This document shows positions 1 to 10,612 of a stretch of DNA of 64,000 nt, piece by piece (position 1 is the first letter of the stretch; each line of letters starts with the position of its first letter). The DNA comes from an uncultured Spirochaetota bacterium. GTDB lineage: Bacteria; Spirochaetota; UBA4802; UBA5550. A program made the translations under genes and the position numbers. A model generated the notes under the pieces. That model was given only the letters and a program-made list of their open reading frames with translations, had not been told where the DNA came from and made no database searches. The DNA lies in assembly GCA_963827275.1 (NCBI GenBank), contig CAWHAA010000005.1, positions 608,001 to 672,000 on the forward strand. The letters are read 5' to 3'.

Positions 1-304
1 CATATCAGACACTGTATCTTTTAAAATTTGACCCGCAACATATATTCTCCCAAACATGTCGACTACAACAGACATACCCGCTGAATCAGCATCCTGATCT
101 CCTGGAATATGACCAGATGCAACACCATAATTGCCGAAGCTTATCATCAAGAACACCTGTTGCGTAATAGGGCTCGATAAATGCAGGAAGCGGAATACTT
201 TTCAAAGGATCCATTGAATCAGTATAAAGATTTCCACAATGAAGTGACAGGATTGAGACGAAGAAAGCGAAGGTAATGAGTATTGCAAAGGATTTATTCT
301 GCAT
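1..304 (-). CDS. Lipoprotein with delta-60 (DUF5122-like) beta-propeller repeat; frameshifted near 141, runs off the window edge
   Basis: ATG at 304 gives MQNKSFAIL...LSLHC (lipobox-like). Removing one A near 141 gives GVLDDSFGNYGVA...AGMSVVVDMFGRIYVAG, a typical G.LD.SFG..G repeat, open to position 1. Confidence 0.65.
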
Positions 305-447
305 TCTCACCACAAACTTGAACCAGGGCACAACAATCCCCCGAACTGAAAATATTTTTGTTTAATTTTTAATAATGAATAGGATGTAATAATATTTTTA
401 AAAAAATATAATGAATATTTATAATATGATTTAAATAGTTACTATTC

Positions 448-487
448 AAATACAAAGGGGCACATATAAATGCGCCCCTTTGTATTT
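448..487. terminator. Rho-independent terminator, likely bidirectional
   Basis: AAATACAAAGGGGC-loop-GCCCCTTTGTATTT hairpin just past the stop of 508..2460. Confidence 0.8.
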
Positions 488-507
488 TTGTTTGCTAAAC
501 TCTACCA

Positions 508-2460
508 TTATGGCATATATGTTCCAGGCAGCGTAATTTCCGTGCTGCCATTCTGCTTGATTTTATATGTTCCACCGCTCGCTTCTCCACCGGTTATGAT
601 AAGGTCAAAAATAATATACCCATTGTAAAGTCCAGTCACATTTAACTGACCCTTTATAGTGCCATCTATATTATTATAATCTGATAGAACAGTTGTCTGA
701 TCGCCATCAAGCGTTAGATAAATGTCTGAATAATTTGTAAAGGTCATGACCGCTTTCGCAGATAATATCGTAACATCATATAAACAGTTACCATTCCCAT
801 CTTTGTCATAAACCTTTTTATCAGAGGTTCCCAGCTCTCCCAGCTTTTCAAACGCACTTTCTAGTTCATTGTACGCCTCGCTAAAGAACTCCTCGTTTGT
901 AATTGCTCTGTACCCGGCATCAGGATCGCTGCTGCCACCTTCCCCGTTGGCATTGAAAGGCGCTACTTTATACGAAAAAATGCCCGGTGCAACTGCTGTA
1001 TCGGTATAGGTCGTATCTGCTATATTACCGCCCACCTGAACCTGGCCACTGCTGCTGATGCGGTACACCTTGTAATAAGTCGCGCTGGTTGCTGCTGCCC
1101 ATGTCACGGTCACGCCACCAGTTATACCATCCGAAGCTGAACAACTGGGAACCTTTGACGGGACACTGTCATTCGACTTGGTAAAGCCTTCTTCAACTGG
1201 ACTTTCGGTACTTTCGTTACCTTCTTCGTCAACGGCAGTGACTATATAGTAATAGTGGGAGCCCTGCGCGACATCTGAATCAACATAGTAATATAGCACA
1301 GTAGAACTCTCGCTTGTCCTGAATTTCCATGAATAATTAGCAGCGAGGTGGTTACCTGCCAGGTCCGTCACCGCCGTGGTTATAGTCGCGGTGTATTCCT
1401 TCCCTGCCATCAATTCGCTTGACGGGGTAAACACTCCGGTGTTGGATATCGTGCCTGCAACGCTGGCCCCATCCACGGTCAACTTGAAGCTCGACGAAGT
1501 CATGGTAGCAGGATTAATCGCCTCGCTAAAGGCAACTGATACTTTCGCATTAAGGGCGATATCAGTCGCACCGCTTGCGGGACTTACCTGTGACACAGTG
1601 GGAGCAGTTGTGTCGCTACAGGCGATCTGGACTGGCTGGACATTGATTTCAGTTGACCAGTCAGAGTTGAAATCAAGAAAATCTAGTGGAACCCAGAGGA
1701 AACGAACAATTTCATAAAAATTTATCATACGAATTGACTTACTGCTGACAATCTTAATATACCTTTTACCGTCAACTGTAACAGGATAGCAGGTACCATC
1801 ATTACCCAGATATTTATTAAATTCAGCGACTATCTTATCCTGGGTCCAATTGGTACCCAATGGGAACGCACCAACAAAATCAATCGTTCCTCTAAAATTC
1901 CCTCCAATAAATAGATCAATTGTATAGTGCTCAACAGTAGGATGGATGCCCCATGGAAGATATATACCATAGCCTATGTCCCGTTTGGACTGATACGTTG
2001 CTTGCATTACCGGGTTTTCACAGGTCCCACCGGTGGGGGGTGTTGTTACAACATCAGGTATTACTCCGGGATCAGTGGTGACCACGCTGGAATCGGAGTT
2101 AGAAAGATCAGATGCATAGATTGTAGCAATCTGGTCGGTGAATGGCCCGGCAACATTACTTGATCGGTATATTCGGTAGCTCTCAGCGTTGGAAATTGTG
2201 GCCCAGTTGATGCCAACCTTGTCGGTATATGTTCCATCTGTCGCCATAACAGCGGTAGGACCAAAGTAAGGTTCGATCGGATCTTCTGGTGTCTGACCAC
2301 AAAAATCCCCTATACATTCAACACCGCCAGAGCTAAAGGCAACCCCCGCCACGCCAAGAAGTGAGGCGATTGGGTTAGTCTTTTTCCCATCAGAATTACA
2401 TCCCGGCAGAAGCATCAGGGAGATGGCCGACAGCACTATTACCAGTGTGAGCTTTTTCAT
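508..2460 (-). CDS. Surface lipoprotein with FN3-like and Big_5 Ig-like domains
   Basis: Signal peptide ending LLPGC; FN3 motifs (W...A.SY.IYR, YYY.V.A); Big_5 motif DTTAPTV..VSP...V.FSE...VTDLAGN. Confidence 0.8.
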   Translation of the reverse strand: MKKLTLVIVLSAISLMLLPGCNSDGKKTNPIASLLGVAGVAFSSGGVECIGDFCGQTPEDPIEPYFGPTAVMATDGTYTDKVGINWATISNAESYRIYRSSNVAGPFTDQIATIYASDLSNSDSSVVTTDPGVIPDVVTTPPTGGTCENPVMQATYQSKRDIGYGIYLPWGIHPTVEHYTIDLFIGGNFRGTIDFVGAFPLGTNWTQDKIVAEFNKYLGNDGTCYPVTVDGKRYIKIVSSKSIRMINFYEIVRFLWVPLDFLDFNSDWSTEINVQPVQIACSDTTAPTVSQVSPASGATDIALNAKVSVAFSEAINPATMTSSSFKLTVDGASVAGTISNTGVFTPSSELMAGKEYTATITTAVTDLAGNHLAANYSWKFRTSESSTVLYYYVDSDVAQGSHYYYIVTAVDEEGNESTESPVEEGFTKSNDSVPSKVPSCSASDGITGGVTVTWAAATSATYYKVYRISSSGQVQVGGNIADTTYTDTAVAPGIFSYKVAPFNANGEGGSSDPDAGYRAITNEEFFSEAYNELESAFEKLGELGTSDKKVYDKDGNGNCLYDVTILSAKAVMTFTNYSDIYLTLDGDQTTVLSDYNNIDGTIKGQLNVTGLYNGYIIFDLIITGGEASGGTYKIKQNGSTEITLPGTYMP

Positions 2461-2799
2461 TGATCCACCTCAATAAATGATAAAAAACTTTCTCCCATAT
2501 CCCGTGAGCCAGAACATATGTTTTTTAAAGAATTGCGATACTATCATATAGTTATATTAATTGAATATTAATATCTGGCAATTATATGACATATCAAAAA
2601 ATGGCTGATTAATTTCCGCTATTTTTTGAACATTCATATCAATAATGTCTACAAAAAAGGACGAAATATGCTTTTTACAGAAAGTTTTTCAATCCGAATG
2701 GGATGTTTTTTTGCTGATATTTAGGTTGATTGTAATCGTGGCACATTGTTTGTCAATGAAATACCGGAGGACCGGACGGTAATTAATCGGACAGATTGA

Positions 2800-3516
2800 T
2801 CATTTCCGGCAGATATGGAGTGCCGCCACCCCGCCAAGGAGCGCGCGGTACTCAACGCTGCTGAACCCCGCCGTTTTCAGAAGGGCCGCGAGCTCATCAG
2901 GTGCGTAAAAATTCACCGCTGAATGCGCCAGGTAGCGGTACGCGCCGCGCTGGCCCGATATCAACCCGCCCACGAACGAGACCGCGACCTTCATGTACAG
3001 GTGGACCAGCGCCCTGAACAGGCGCGCGCGCGGCTGGCTCGATTCCACGATGACGAACGTACCGCCCGGAGCGAGCACCCTGAGGACCTCGGACAGGTAC
3101 CGGTCGCGGCCCGGGTTGCGGTAGGTGAGGTTGCGGAACGCGAAGGCGATGCCGATCACCCCGAACGAGCCGTCCCGGTAGGGGAGCTCCGCCGCGTCGC
3201 ACGCGGCGAACCGGACCGCGGCCCCCGCCCGCCCCGCCTTGCGGCGCGCCTCCTCAAGCATGGGAAGGCTGAAGTCCGCGCCGAATATGTCGCTGTGCGC
3301 GCCCGCGCCCGCGGCAAGCCTGACCGCGAGGTCGCCGGTGCCGGTGCAGAGGTCCAGCACGCGCGCCGCGCCGCGCCCCAGGCATTCCGCCGCCGCAGCG
3401 GCGCGCCACCGCTCGTCAAGCCCCCAGGTGAAGAGCCGGTTGATGAGGTCGTATCGCCGCGGCACGCCGGAGAACATCTTCTGCAGCGGCCGGGCCTTTG
3501 TAGTTTCTGGTGACAT
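2800..3516 (-). CDS. UbiE/MenG-family quinone biosynthesis methyltransferase
   Basis: MF..V..RYDL.NR...WG.D..WR, SAM motif VLDLCTGTGD, AY.YL..S; start moved to the ATG at 3516. Confidence 0.9.
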   Translation of the reverse strand: MSPETTKARPLQKMFSGVPRRYDLINRLFTWGLDERWRAAAAAECLGRGAARVLDLCTGTGDLAVRLAAGAGAHSDIFGADFSLPMLEEARRKAGRAGAAVRFAACDAAELPYRDGSFGVIGIAFAFRNLTYRNPGRDRYLSEVLRVLAPGGTFVIVESSQPRARLFRALVHLYMKVAVSFVGGLISGQRGAYRYLAHSAVNFYAPDELAALLKTAGFSSVEYRALLGGVAALHICRK

Positions 3517-3539
3517 CCTCGTTACCTGTTTGATCCGGA

Positions 3540-4022
3540 TTACAGCTGGAATATCTGCCGGTAAGGGTCGATATTGTCGCTCTTCAGGTGGAGCCACTCC
3601 GGAACGTCAAGCTCATGCCCGGGCAGCGGCTCGATGCGGAACATGCCGCTCTCGTGTATCGAGAGCCTTTTCGGCTCTGTCTGGAAGGTGACGTACGGGG
3701 CGCCCTCTCCATGCTGCTTTTTCACCGACGGCATCTCCTCGTAGCGGATGACATATTTGAGCTGGTGCCGCGAGCTCCTTCCCATGCCGCGCTGGGAAAG
3801 GAGGATGCGCTTGTTCGTCACCCGGACGAACACATGCTCGAGCGTTTCCACCCCTGACTGGAGCTGCGCCTCGATGGTGCAGTTATCGTCGTCGAAGAGC
3901 AGGCGCTCTCCGTAATGCAGCCGGAGGTCTTCCATGCTCGGTTTTCTGAATATCCGTAAAAGGATAAGCGCGGCAACGATGAAAAGCGCCGCCGCCATCA
4001 CCACTACTGTTACCAGGTCCAT
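3540..4022 (-). CDS. Hypothetical protein with N-terminal membrane anchor
   Basis: Hydrophobic N-terminus MDLVTVVVMAAALFIVAALILL; same strand as and adjacent to the methyltransferase. Confidence 0.65.
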   Translation of the reverse strand: MDLVTVVVMAAALFIVAALILLRIFRKPSMEDLRLHYGERLLFDDDNCTIEAQLQSGVETLEHVFVRVTNKRILLSQRGMGRSSRHQLKYVIRYEEMPSVKKQHGEGAPYVTFQTEPKRLSIHESGMFRIEPLPGHELDVPEWLHLKSDNIDPYRQIFQL

Positions 4023-4265
4023 AGTGCCAGTCCTCCCGATGTCCGATGTATACCGGCAGGCCGCTCGTGCCGCCGGTACAATGCGCATGATGCCTGATGG
4101 CCGAAGAAAGAGTCTATGCCGTGAACGCAATCAAAGCGTAAACAAACAAGAATATTTTGTCAAGAAAATATGCCTGCCCCGGGCCGGTCAATCGCCGCCG
4201 GCGGCAAAAAAATCCTTGTCCTTACGCCGCGCGGGGCCGTACAGTGGCCCGGGTATGTATCTATT

Positions 4266-5540
4266 ATGAAAATAAAAATATCATCCCTGGGGTGCCGTCT
4301 CAACCAGTCCGAAATCCAGTCGGTCGCCACCGTCCTGCTGGACATGGGCCACGTGATGACCCGGGATGACGACGCCGACCTGTACATCATAAACTCCTGC
4401 GCGGTCACCCTCCGGAGCGAGGGGAAGACCAGGCGCCTGGCGCACCGCGCCGCGGAAGCCGCCGCTGCAAGGCCGGGCGCGCGGGTCATCGTTACCGGGT
4501 GCATCGCGGACCGGCCGTCGATGGAGGGAAACATCTGCTATCTCCCCAATGACTACAAGTTCATGATACCGGACCTTGTCGCCGACTGGGGGATCTTCGA
4601 ACGTCTCGAGCCCCCGCCCGACGCGCGGTTCAGGTTCGCGCCGCCGCTCCGGTCGTCCACCAGCCGCGTAAACCTTAAGATACAGGACGGGTGCGACAAC
4701 TTCTGCTCCTACTGCATCGTCCCGCTGGTGCGGGGCGGCCCGGTGAGCAAGCCCCCGTCGCAGGTGCTCGATGAGTTCAGGCTGCTCCTCGATGCCGGGT
4801 ACCGGGAGATCATCCTCACCGGGGTGATGATCGGCAGGTATGAGAGCGGCGGCGACCGCCTGGAAGACCTTGTCGAACGGGTCCTTGAGACCGGCGGCAG
4901 GTTCCGCGTCCATCTCACCTCCATCTCCCCGGTCTATGTCACGCCCCGCCTCATCGCGCTCATGGGGCACGGGAACATGGTGAAGCACCTGCACCTTTCG
5001 CTCCAGAGCGGGAGCGACCGGGTGCTCCGGAGCATGAACCGCCCGTACACGCGGGAAGAGTACCGCGCGCTGACGGAGCGCATCAGGGAAAAGATCCCGG
5101 ACTTCAACTTCACCACGGACGTGATCGTCGGCTTCCCCGGGGAGACCGGGGAGGATTTCGCCGACACCCTTGACCTGGTGGACGCCGTGGGATTCTCCCA
5201 CGTGCACACCTTCCGCTACTCGCCCCGGCCCGGCACCGCCGCGGCCGCGCTGCCCGACTCCGTCCCTGAAAAGGTCAAATCCGAACGGAGCCGTGCGGTG
5301 ATCGAGCTGAACGCACGGCAGAAGACCGCGTACTACGCGCGCTTCAACGGCAGGGAGACGCTGTTCCTGAGCGAACGCTGCCGCGGCGGGGTCACGACCG
5401 GCTTCAATGAATATTATGCGCCGGTGGAAATAGCGGGAACACTGCCGCGCAACAGGTTTATCACGGTGATCACGAAGCTTGGGCCGGGAAAGAGCGTACT
5501 CGAGGGGACCCCCCGCGGCGGAACGGACGGCGTGTCATAG
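4266..5540 (+). CDS. mtaB: tRNA methylthiotransferase MtaB
   Basis: LGCRLNQSE, INSCAVT, VTGC, KIQDGCDNFCSYC, HLSLQSG, F.YSPRPGT.A. Confidence 0.88.
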   Translation: MKIKISSLGCRLNQSEIQSVATVLLDMGHVMTRDDDADLYIINSCAVTLRSEGKTRRLAHRAAEAAAARPGARVIVTGCIADRPSMEGNICYLPNDYKFMIPDLVADWGIFERLEPPPDARFRFAPPLRSSTSRVNLKIQDGCDNFCSYCIVPLVRGGPVSKPPSQVLDEFRLLLDAGYREIILTGVMIGRYESGGDRLEDLVERVLETGGRFRVHLTSISPVYVTPRLIALMGHGNMVKHLHLSLQSGSDRVLRSMNRPYTREEYRALTERIREKIPDFNFTTDVIVGFPGETGEDFADTLDLVDAVGFSHVHTFRYSPRPGTAAAALPDSVPEKVKSERSRAVIELNARQKTAYYARFNGRETLFLSERCRGGVTTGFNEYYAPVEIAGTLPRNRFITVITKLGPGKSVLEGTPRGGTDGVS

Positions 5541-5575
5541 GCGGTCTGCCGCGCACGGCGCGGCCCCATCGCGCC

Positions 5576-7565
5576 TCAGACGCGTATGGGGAGGATGACG
5601 ATCGGGATGCCCCGGTGGTAAAAACGCCGTTGAATGGCAAAGGCGGAATAGTTGTGCAGCCAGCGGGTGAAGAAGGTGTCCTCGGGGAACACGAGCTGGC
5701 CGGCGAAAAATATCGCGTTCGGAAACCGCTCAAGTATGCCGGGCGCCACGCGCACCGTTTCGTCGATGACATCAACGGCTATGGAGGTAATGCTCTCCGC
5801 GTAATATCCGTGCGCCCGCATGTATGAAACGTATTTGTCGCTCTCTTTCTGTATATGGGCCTTCAGGCTTTCCAGTTCCTCCACGCCCTTGAATACGCCC
5901 GAATCAACCATCCCTATCTGCACGAACACGAAATTCTTGTACATGCCCTGGAAAAGCCTGATGATATTGAAAAGCGTGTGGAGCCCGGTGCCGGAAAACC
6001 CGTTCACGAAGAGCACGGCCGTCTTCTCTTTGGGGTTGCACTGCGGTTCCGCAGCACGTCGCTCTCCCGCGCTCACCTTCCGGTCGATGTTGTCCATTTC
6101 ACTGTCAGCGACCTCCACGAGGCCGTTCAGCCTTCCGAGGAGACGGCGCGTCTTCCCGTAGTGGCGGCGGATGACGACCGCGAGGGCGATCAGGGACCCG
6201 GTGATGAATATGGTGATCCAGCCGCCCTCGTCGAATTTCAGCACCGCCACCGAGATGAGGATGAACAGGGTCAGCACCAGGCCGATGCCGTTGACGAAAA
6301 GCTTTTTCTTCCAGTGGCCCTCCTTTTTCCGCGACAGCCACCAGTGGCGGACCATCCCGAGCTGCGAGAGGGAGAAGGTGATGAAGACGTTTATGCTGTA
6401 CAGGATCACCAGGAACTTCACGGAGCCGCCGGAATATATCATGAGTATGATGGCCCCGATCCCCATGATGAGGATGCCGTTATGGGTCACCAGCCTGTCG
6501 TTCAGCGAGGCGAACCTCGTGGGCGCCCACCGGTCCAGGGCCATGTTCGAGAGCACGCCCGGCCCGCCGAGGAAGCCGGTCTGCGCCGCCACGAACAGGA
6601 GGACCGCCTCGGAAACAAGCGTCACCAGGACAAAGACCGTCCCCGCCGCGCCCCATCCGCTCGTCATCGATTCGAACAGCACCGCGTTCAGAGTCTTGCC
6701 GGGGACATGCCGTCACGCCGAGGAGGAGGTAGGCGACCATGAGCCCTGCCACGATCAACGCAAGCGAGGTGGCCATGTAGTTCATGGTGCGCTTCGCGGT
6801 CAGCACCTTCGGATCGCGCAGGATCGGCATCCCGTTGGACACGGCCTCAATTCCGGTGAAGGTCCCCGCCCCCATGCTGTAGGCGCGCAGTACCAGGAAT
6901 ATCATGCCGAGAGTCCCCAGCTCCGCGCTGGTGGCGCGGATGTCCTGGCCGGTCGTCCTGACAAGCTCTGGTATATTCATCGCGTTGGCCGACGTGGCAT
7001 AGATTATGGCGAACGCGTGGGTGACGATGAACAGTATGAAGATCGGCACCAGCGGGAGCACCGACTCCTTGACGCCCCGCAGGTTAAGGACGATGAGCAG
7101 GCACACGCCCGCCACCGCCACGGGAAGCTTGAACTGCAGCATCGGTTCCGGGAGAAAGCTGAACAGCGCATCGGCGCCGCTTGCCACCGAAAGCGTGATC
7201 GTCAGGAGGTAGTCGATGAGGAGGGCGCACCCGGAAATCATGCCGACCGGCGGCGAGATGAGCTTGCTCGCCACCAGGTATCCGCCGCCGCCCGTCGGGA
7301 AGAGCTCCACAATCTGGCGGTAGCTCGCGGTGATGACAAAGATCGTGACCACGGTGCCCAGCGCGACAAAAACACTCAGGCTCGAGTGCTTGCCGAGCGC
7401 AAGGAAGGCCTCCTCCGGACCGTAGCAGGATGATGAAAGCCCGTCGGCCCCGAGCCCCACCCAGGCGAAGAAAGCGACGAGAGAAAGCTTGTGAAATATC
7501 CCCGGATCGGAGATACTCCGCGCATTCCCCATCACCAGGTTTTTAAACCGCTTGAACACCGACAT
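5576..7565 (-). CDS. APC-family permease (KimA/YdaO-like); frameshift near 6710
   Basis: ADGLSSSCYGPEE, FPTGGGGY.VAS, TGIEAVSNG; ORFs 6480..7604 and 5576..6682 join by removing one G (GVT-HVPGKTLNAVLF). Confidence 0.82.
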
Positions 7566-7824
7566 TCTCTTTTGACCGTCAATCACTTGAATTCTCCATC
7601 GCAATCCACATGACTTTAAAGACCATTATCAGTGCCGGTATTCCACGCATACGCCAGAAAATGATAGCGCCTTTTTGTGTATATTTAAAATGAAAGCAAA
7701 TTATAGATGTGAAATCTTTTTGTCAATCATTTCGATGAAAGAGGCATAGCACATGCCGAGGTAATAGATAATGAATATTTATATAAACTTTATATATTTT
7801 AATTATAATAAATGAACGGCAAGG

Positions 7825-7884
7825 GGGGTCAGAGTAACCGATAACTATCTATAAATCCGGGGTCAATCAGGGGTCAGAGCAAAC
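7825..7884 (+). repeat. Composite dispersed repeat: motif A (GGGGTCAGAGTAA) plus motif B (CCGATAACTATC), with extra A copies
   Basis: A at 7825-7837 directly followed by B at 7838-7849; partial A at 7859; A variant at 7870-7882. Confidence 0.8.
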
Positions 7885-7987
7885 TTTTCATATAAATTTA
7901 ATCCAGGACAAAGAGAAACAGATCGAACAGATGCCGGAGCGTTTTCACTCGGTCCATTGAACCGGGCTTGATGAATTTCAAAATCGT

Positions 7988-8008
7988 CCCCCGCCGGGAA
8001 GGCGGGGG
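7988..8008 (-). terminator. Probable terminator hairpin
   Basis: CCCCCGCC-GGGAA-GGCGGGGG just past the stop of 8017..8466. Confidence 0.55.
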
Positions 8009-8016
8009 TGTAATAG

Positions 8017-8466
8017 TTACTTTTTGCCGCACCAGTTGTGAAATTTTTCCATCTTCTCCGCGACCTTTATCCTCTGTTCAGGCGTGAGCAGGGCATGGAA
8101 TTCAACAATTTTATCCACGAAAAAAGGCTTCAGGGCCTTGAATTTTTCCTCGCGCCCGGACAAAAACCTGCCCACCGTGTTCCTGTCAAGCGTAGCGCTC
8201 GTCACGAGGGCTTTCACCTGGCCGTGTACCGCTTCCCGTTCGTCCCTGATAGATTTTGTCTTTGCCAGGATCTCGTCCTTGATGCGGTTCACCTTTTCAA
8301 CCTGTTCTTTGGTCAGGTCGAGGTCCGAAGTCATCTTTTTAACAATCATTGCCGCTCGGTCCTCCGGAGTTGCGCAGAAAAACCGCCTGGGTCCGCAGCC
8401 CGCCAGCACGATTCCTGAAATCACCAGGAAGAGAAGGGCCGTGAATGCTATACTCCTTTTTGACAT
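8017..8466 (-). CDS. Spy/CpxP-family periplasmic lipoprotein chaperone
   Basis: LAGC lipobox; LDLTKEQ and LLTPEQR (LTxxQ) motifs. Confidence 0.85.
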   Translation of the reverse strand: MSKRSIAFTALLFLVISGIVLAGCGPRRFFCATPEDRAAMIVKKMTSDLDLTKEQVEKVNRIKDEILAKTKSIRDEREAVHGQVKALVTSATLDRNTVGRFLSGREEKFKALKPFFVDKIVEFHALLTPEQRIKVAEKMEKFHNWCGKK

Positions 8467-8526
8467 AGTGTTCTCCTTTATTTCTTGATATCCTGGCATA
8501 CTGAAACTACATGGCCATTACCCGAT

Positions 8527-8554
8527 TACACGGTCTGAATTCAGTAACTTTTCA
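8527..8554 (-). promoter_or_regulatory. Candidate ECF sigma promoter for the Spy/CpxP gene
   Basis: Minus strand TGAAAA-N16-CGTGTA resembles the SigW-type TGAAAC-N16-CGTA consensus. Confidence 0.35.
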
Positions 8555-8636
8555 GCATGCCCGATTGTATAATAGTATACATGATTGTGAAGCATTTGTT
8601 ACACATGCATGCAATTTTATGACAGGAGACACACGG

Positions 8637-9020
8637 ATGAACCACTTCAAAACTCTGGCGCTCACGGTCATTTTGATCATACTAGCGGCCGGATGCTCGA
8701 GAACACGGTATGAACGCCTGATAATCGGCACATGGGAATTGACCGGCGGCCTCTGTGACACGGAAGGAAAGTGCAAGAAGGAGATCATCACCGATGAAGG
8801 CGGGAGGGAGACGTTTACCGCTGACGGCCTCTATCTTTCAGGGCGCATGAGGACCGGCTACGCGGTGAAAGGCGACAGGATCTGGTTGTCATCAGGACGC
8901 GGCTCGTTTGACGCTCCCCATGCTGACATCGTTTCCCTTGAAAGCGGGGTCATGCTGCTGCGCGGTGAAGATGGCATCAGGCGGTACGGGCGGGTCGAGA
9001 AAGAAAAGAAGCCGCGCTGA
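8637..9020 (+). CDS. Small lipoprotein, lipocalin-like
   Basis: LAAGC lipobox; LIIGTWEL and F.ADG motifs; GGAG RBS upstream. Confidence 0.65.
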   Translation: MNHFKTLALTVILIILAAGCSRTRYERLIIGTWELTGGLCDTEGKCKKEIITDEGGRETFTADGLYLSGRMRTGYAVKGDRIWLSSGRGSFDAPHADIVSLESGVMLLRGEDGIRRYGRVEKEKKPR

Positions 9021-9022
9021 TT

Positions 9023-10303
9023 TCAGGACGGGGAAGCGCCGTTGATCCTCTTGACCAGGGTCACCCGGTTCCCGGTTTCATTGTAGTTCATCTCATCAAA
9101 AATCTTTTTCGCCATGATCATTCCCCGGCCATGGGGGGTGTACTCCTGGTTGATTTCGGCCATGTCCCGCTCAAAGAAATTCCGGTAATCAAACCCCTTG
9201 CCGGAATCGGTTATCACGTAACGGGCGGTGTCCTGGTTGATCTCAAATTCGACTTCCACCTGGCGGCCCCGGTAATTCGGGTCGGCCTGCCGGAAGCTCA
9301 TGAAATCGAAATAATTCCCCTGCTCTAACGCCGCCGACTTGTTCTCATATGATATTTCAAGATTGCCGTGCTCTATCGCGTTTATGATAATTTCAACCAG
9401 CGCGAGCCGGACCAGCTCCACGGTATCCGAATCGAGATACCGGTGCAGGTTCCTGGTCATCCGGTCGGTGACGTCCCCCACGAGAAAGAGCTGCGAGCCC
9501 ATTGAAAAGCTCTGCTTCTCCGAGATAAAAAATTTCAGCAGCTCGTCCTCCACCACGCGGTATGCGCGGCCGATAATGAGGTCCCCCCCGCTGATATTGA
9601 TATACTCGAGCCGCACGTTCATGTCGATCGGATCGAGGTTGAAGCGCGAGTTGAAGGCGGTTTTAAAGCTGATCGGGCGGCGGGTCTTCTGAAACATCTC
9701 AAGCTTTTCCCTGACAAAATCAGCCTCTTTGAAGTTCCTGTCGGACGAGGCGTACAGCAGTTCGAAAAACTGTCTCGAGATCACCTCTTCCGGCCGCAGG
9801 TTCAGGTGATTGATCACCGACAGGTTCACCGTCTGCACCCGGAAGGAGTCATCGAGGGTAAATATAATATCGTTGGAGCCCTCGAACAGGCTCTTGTATT
9901 TTCGCTCGCTCTCCTCGAGCTTCTGCTCGTACTCGAAGCGGGTGAAGGCCGTTTCAATCGCCACGAGGAGGTCTTTTTCGCGGTACGGCTTGATGACAAA
10001 GCCAAAGGGGAAGGACTTCTGCACCTCCTCGACGATGTCACGGTCTGAATAAGCGGTCGTGTAAATCACCGGGACATTCAATTTTTTTCGTATTTCCTTC
10101 GACGCCTCGATCCCGTTCATATCTCCGGGCAGCTTGACGTCCATCAGGATAAGCTCCGGGGCCGCCGCAACGCACATATTGATCGCTTCCTCTCCGGTCC
10201 CCGCGATTCCCACCACGGCATACCCCATGTTCTGCAGGATATTCTTGAGGTCAAGCGCCACGATCTGGGCGTCCTCTACGATGAAAATTCTTTTTTGTTT
10301 CAT
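9023..10303 (-). CDS. Receiver-PAS-RsbW-like HATPase signalling protein
   Basis: IVED...LMD...KP receiver; PAS start YKSLFEGSNDIIFTLD; EIIINAIEHGN, DSGKGF, HGRG; no HisKA domain. Confidence 0.88.
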   Translation of the reverse strand: MKQKRIFIVEDAQIVALDLKNILQNMGYAVVGIAGTGEEAINMCVAAAPELILMDVKLPGDMNGIEASKEIRKKLNVPVIYTTAYSDRDIVEEVQKSFPFGFVIKPYREKDLLVAIETAFTRFEYEQKLEESERKYKSLFEGSNDIIFTLDDSFRVQTVNLSVINHLNLRPEEVISRQFFELLYASSDRNFKEADFVREKLEMFQKTRRPISFKTAFNSRFNLDPIDMNVRLEYINISGGDLIIGRAYRVVEDELLKFFISEKQSFSMGSQLFLVGDVTDRMTRNLHRYLDSDTVELVRLALVEIIINAIEHGNLEISYENKSAALEQGNYFDFMSFRQADPNYRGRQVEVEFEINQDTARYVITDSGKGFDYRNFFERDMAEINQEYTPHGRGMIMAKKIFDEMNYNETGNRVTLVKRINGASPS

Positions 10304-10612
10304 ACTTTCTGATACTGACTGATACTGACATGCATTATCGGCAACAGGCCGTTAGAGGCGGGACAAGCCGCCCTGTTGCCGGAACAGATTGTTTTACATA
10401 CTATATACATAAATATCTTTCTGTCAATGTTTTAATGTTTATTTTTCATGACCCGGCCGCCGCTTTTCCTGTAACAGATCCAGCGCGCACCATGTCTTAT
10501 GCCGGAGATCATGACACAACATCGGCAACTGCCCGGCGCTTATACAAAACTATCCGGGGCCGGATACAGGCCCGGAGCGGCACAGCAGCGCAAACCAGGC
10601 AATTTCTGAAAA

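Noticed and set aside
10309..10328. CTGATACTGA direct duplication upstream of the receiver-kinase gene
   Set aside because: Only two 10-bp copies, with no recurrence seen elsewhere in the window.
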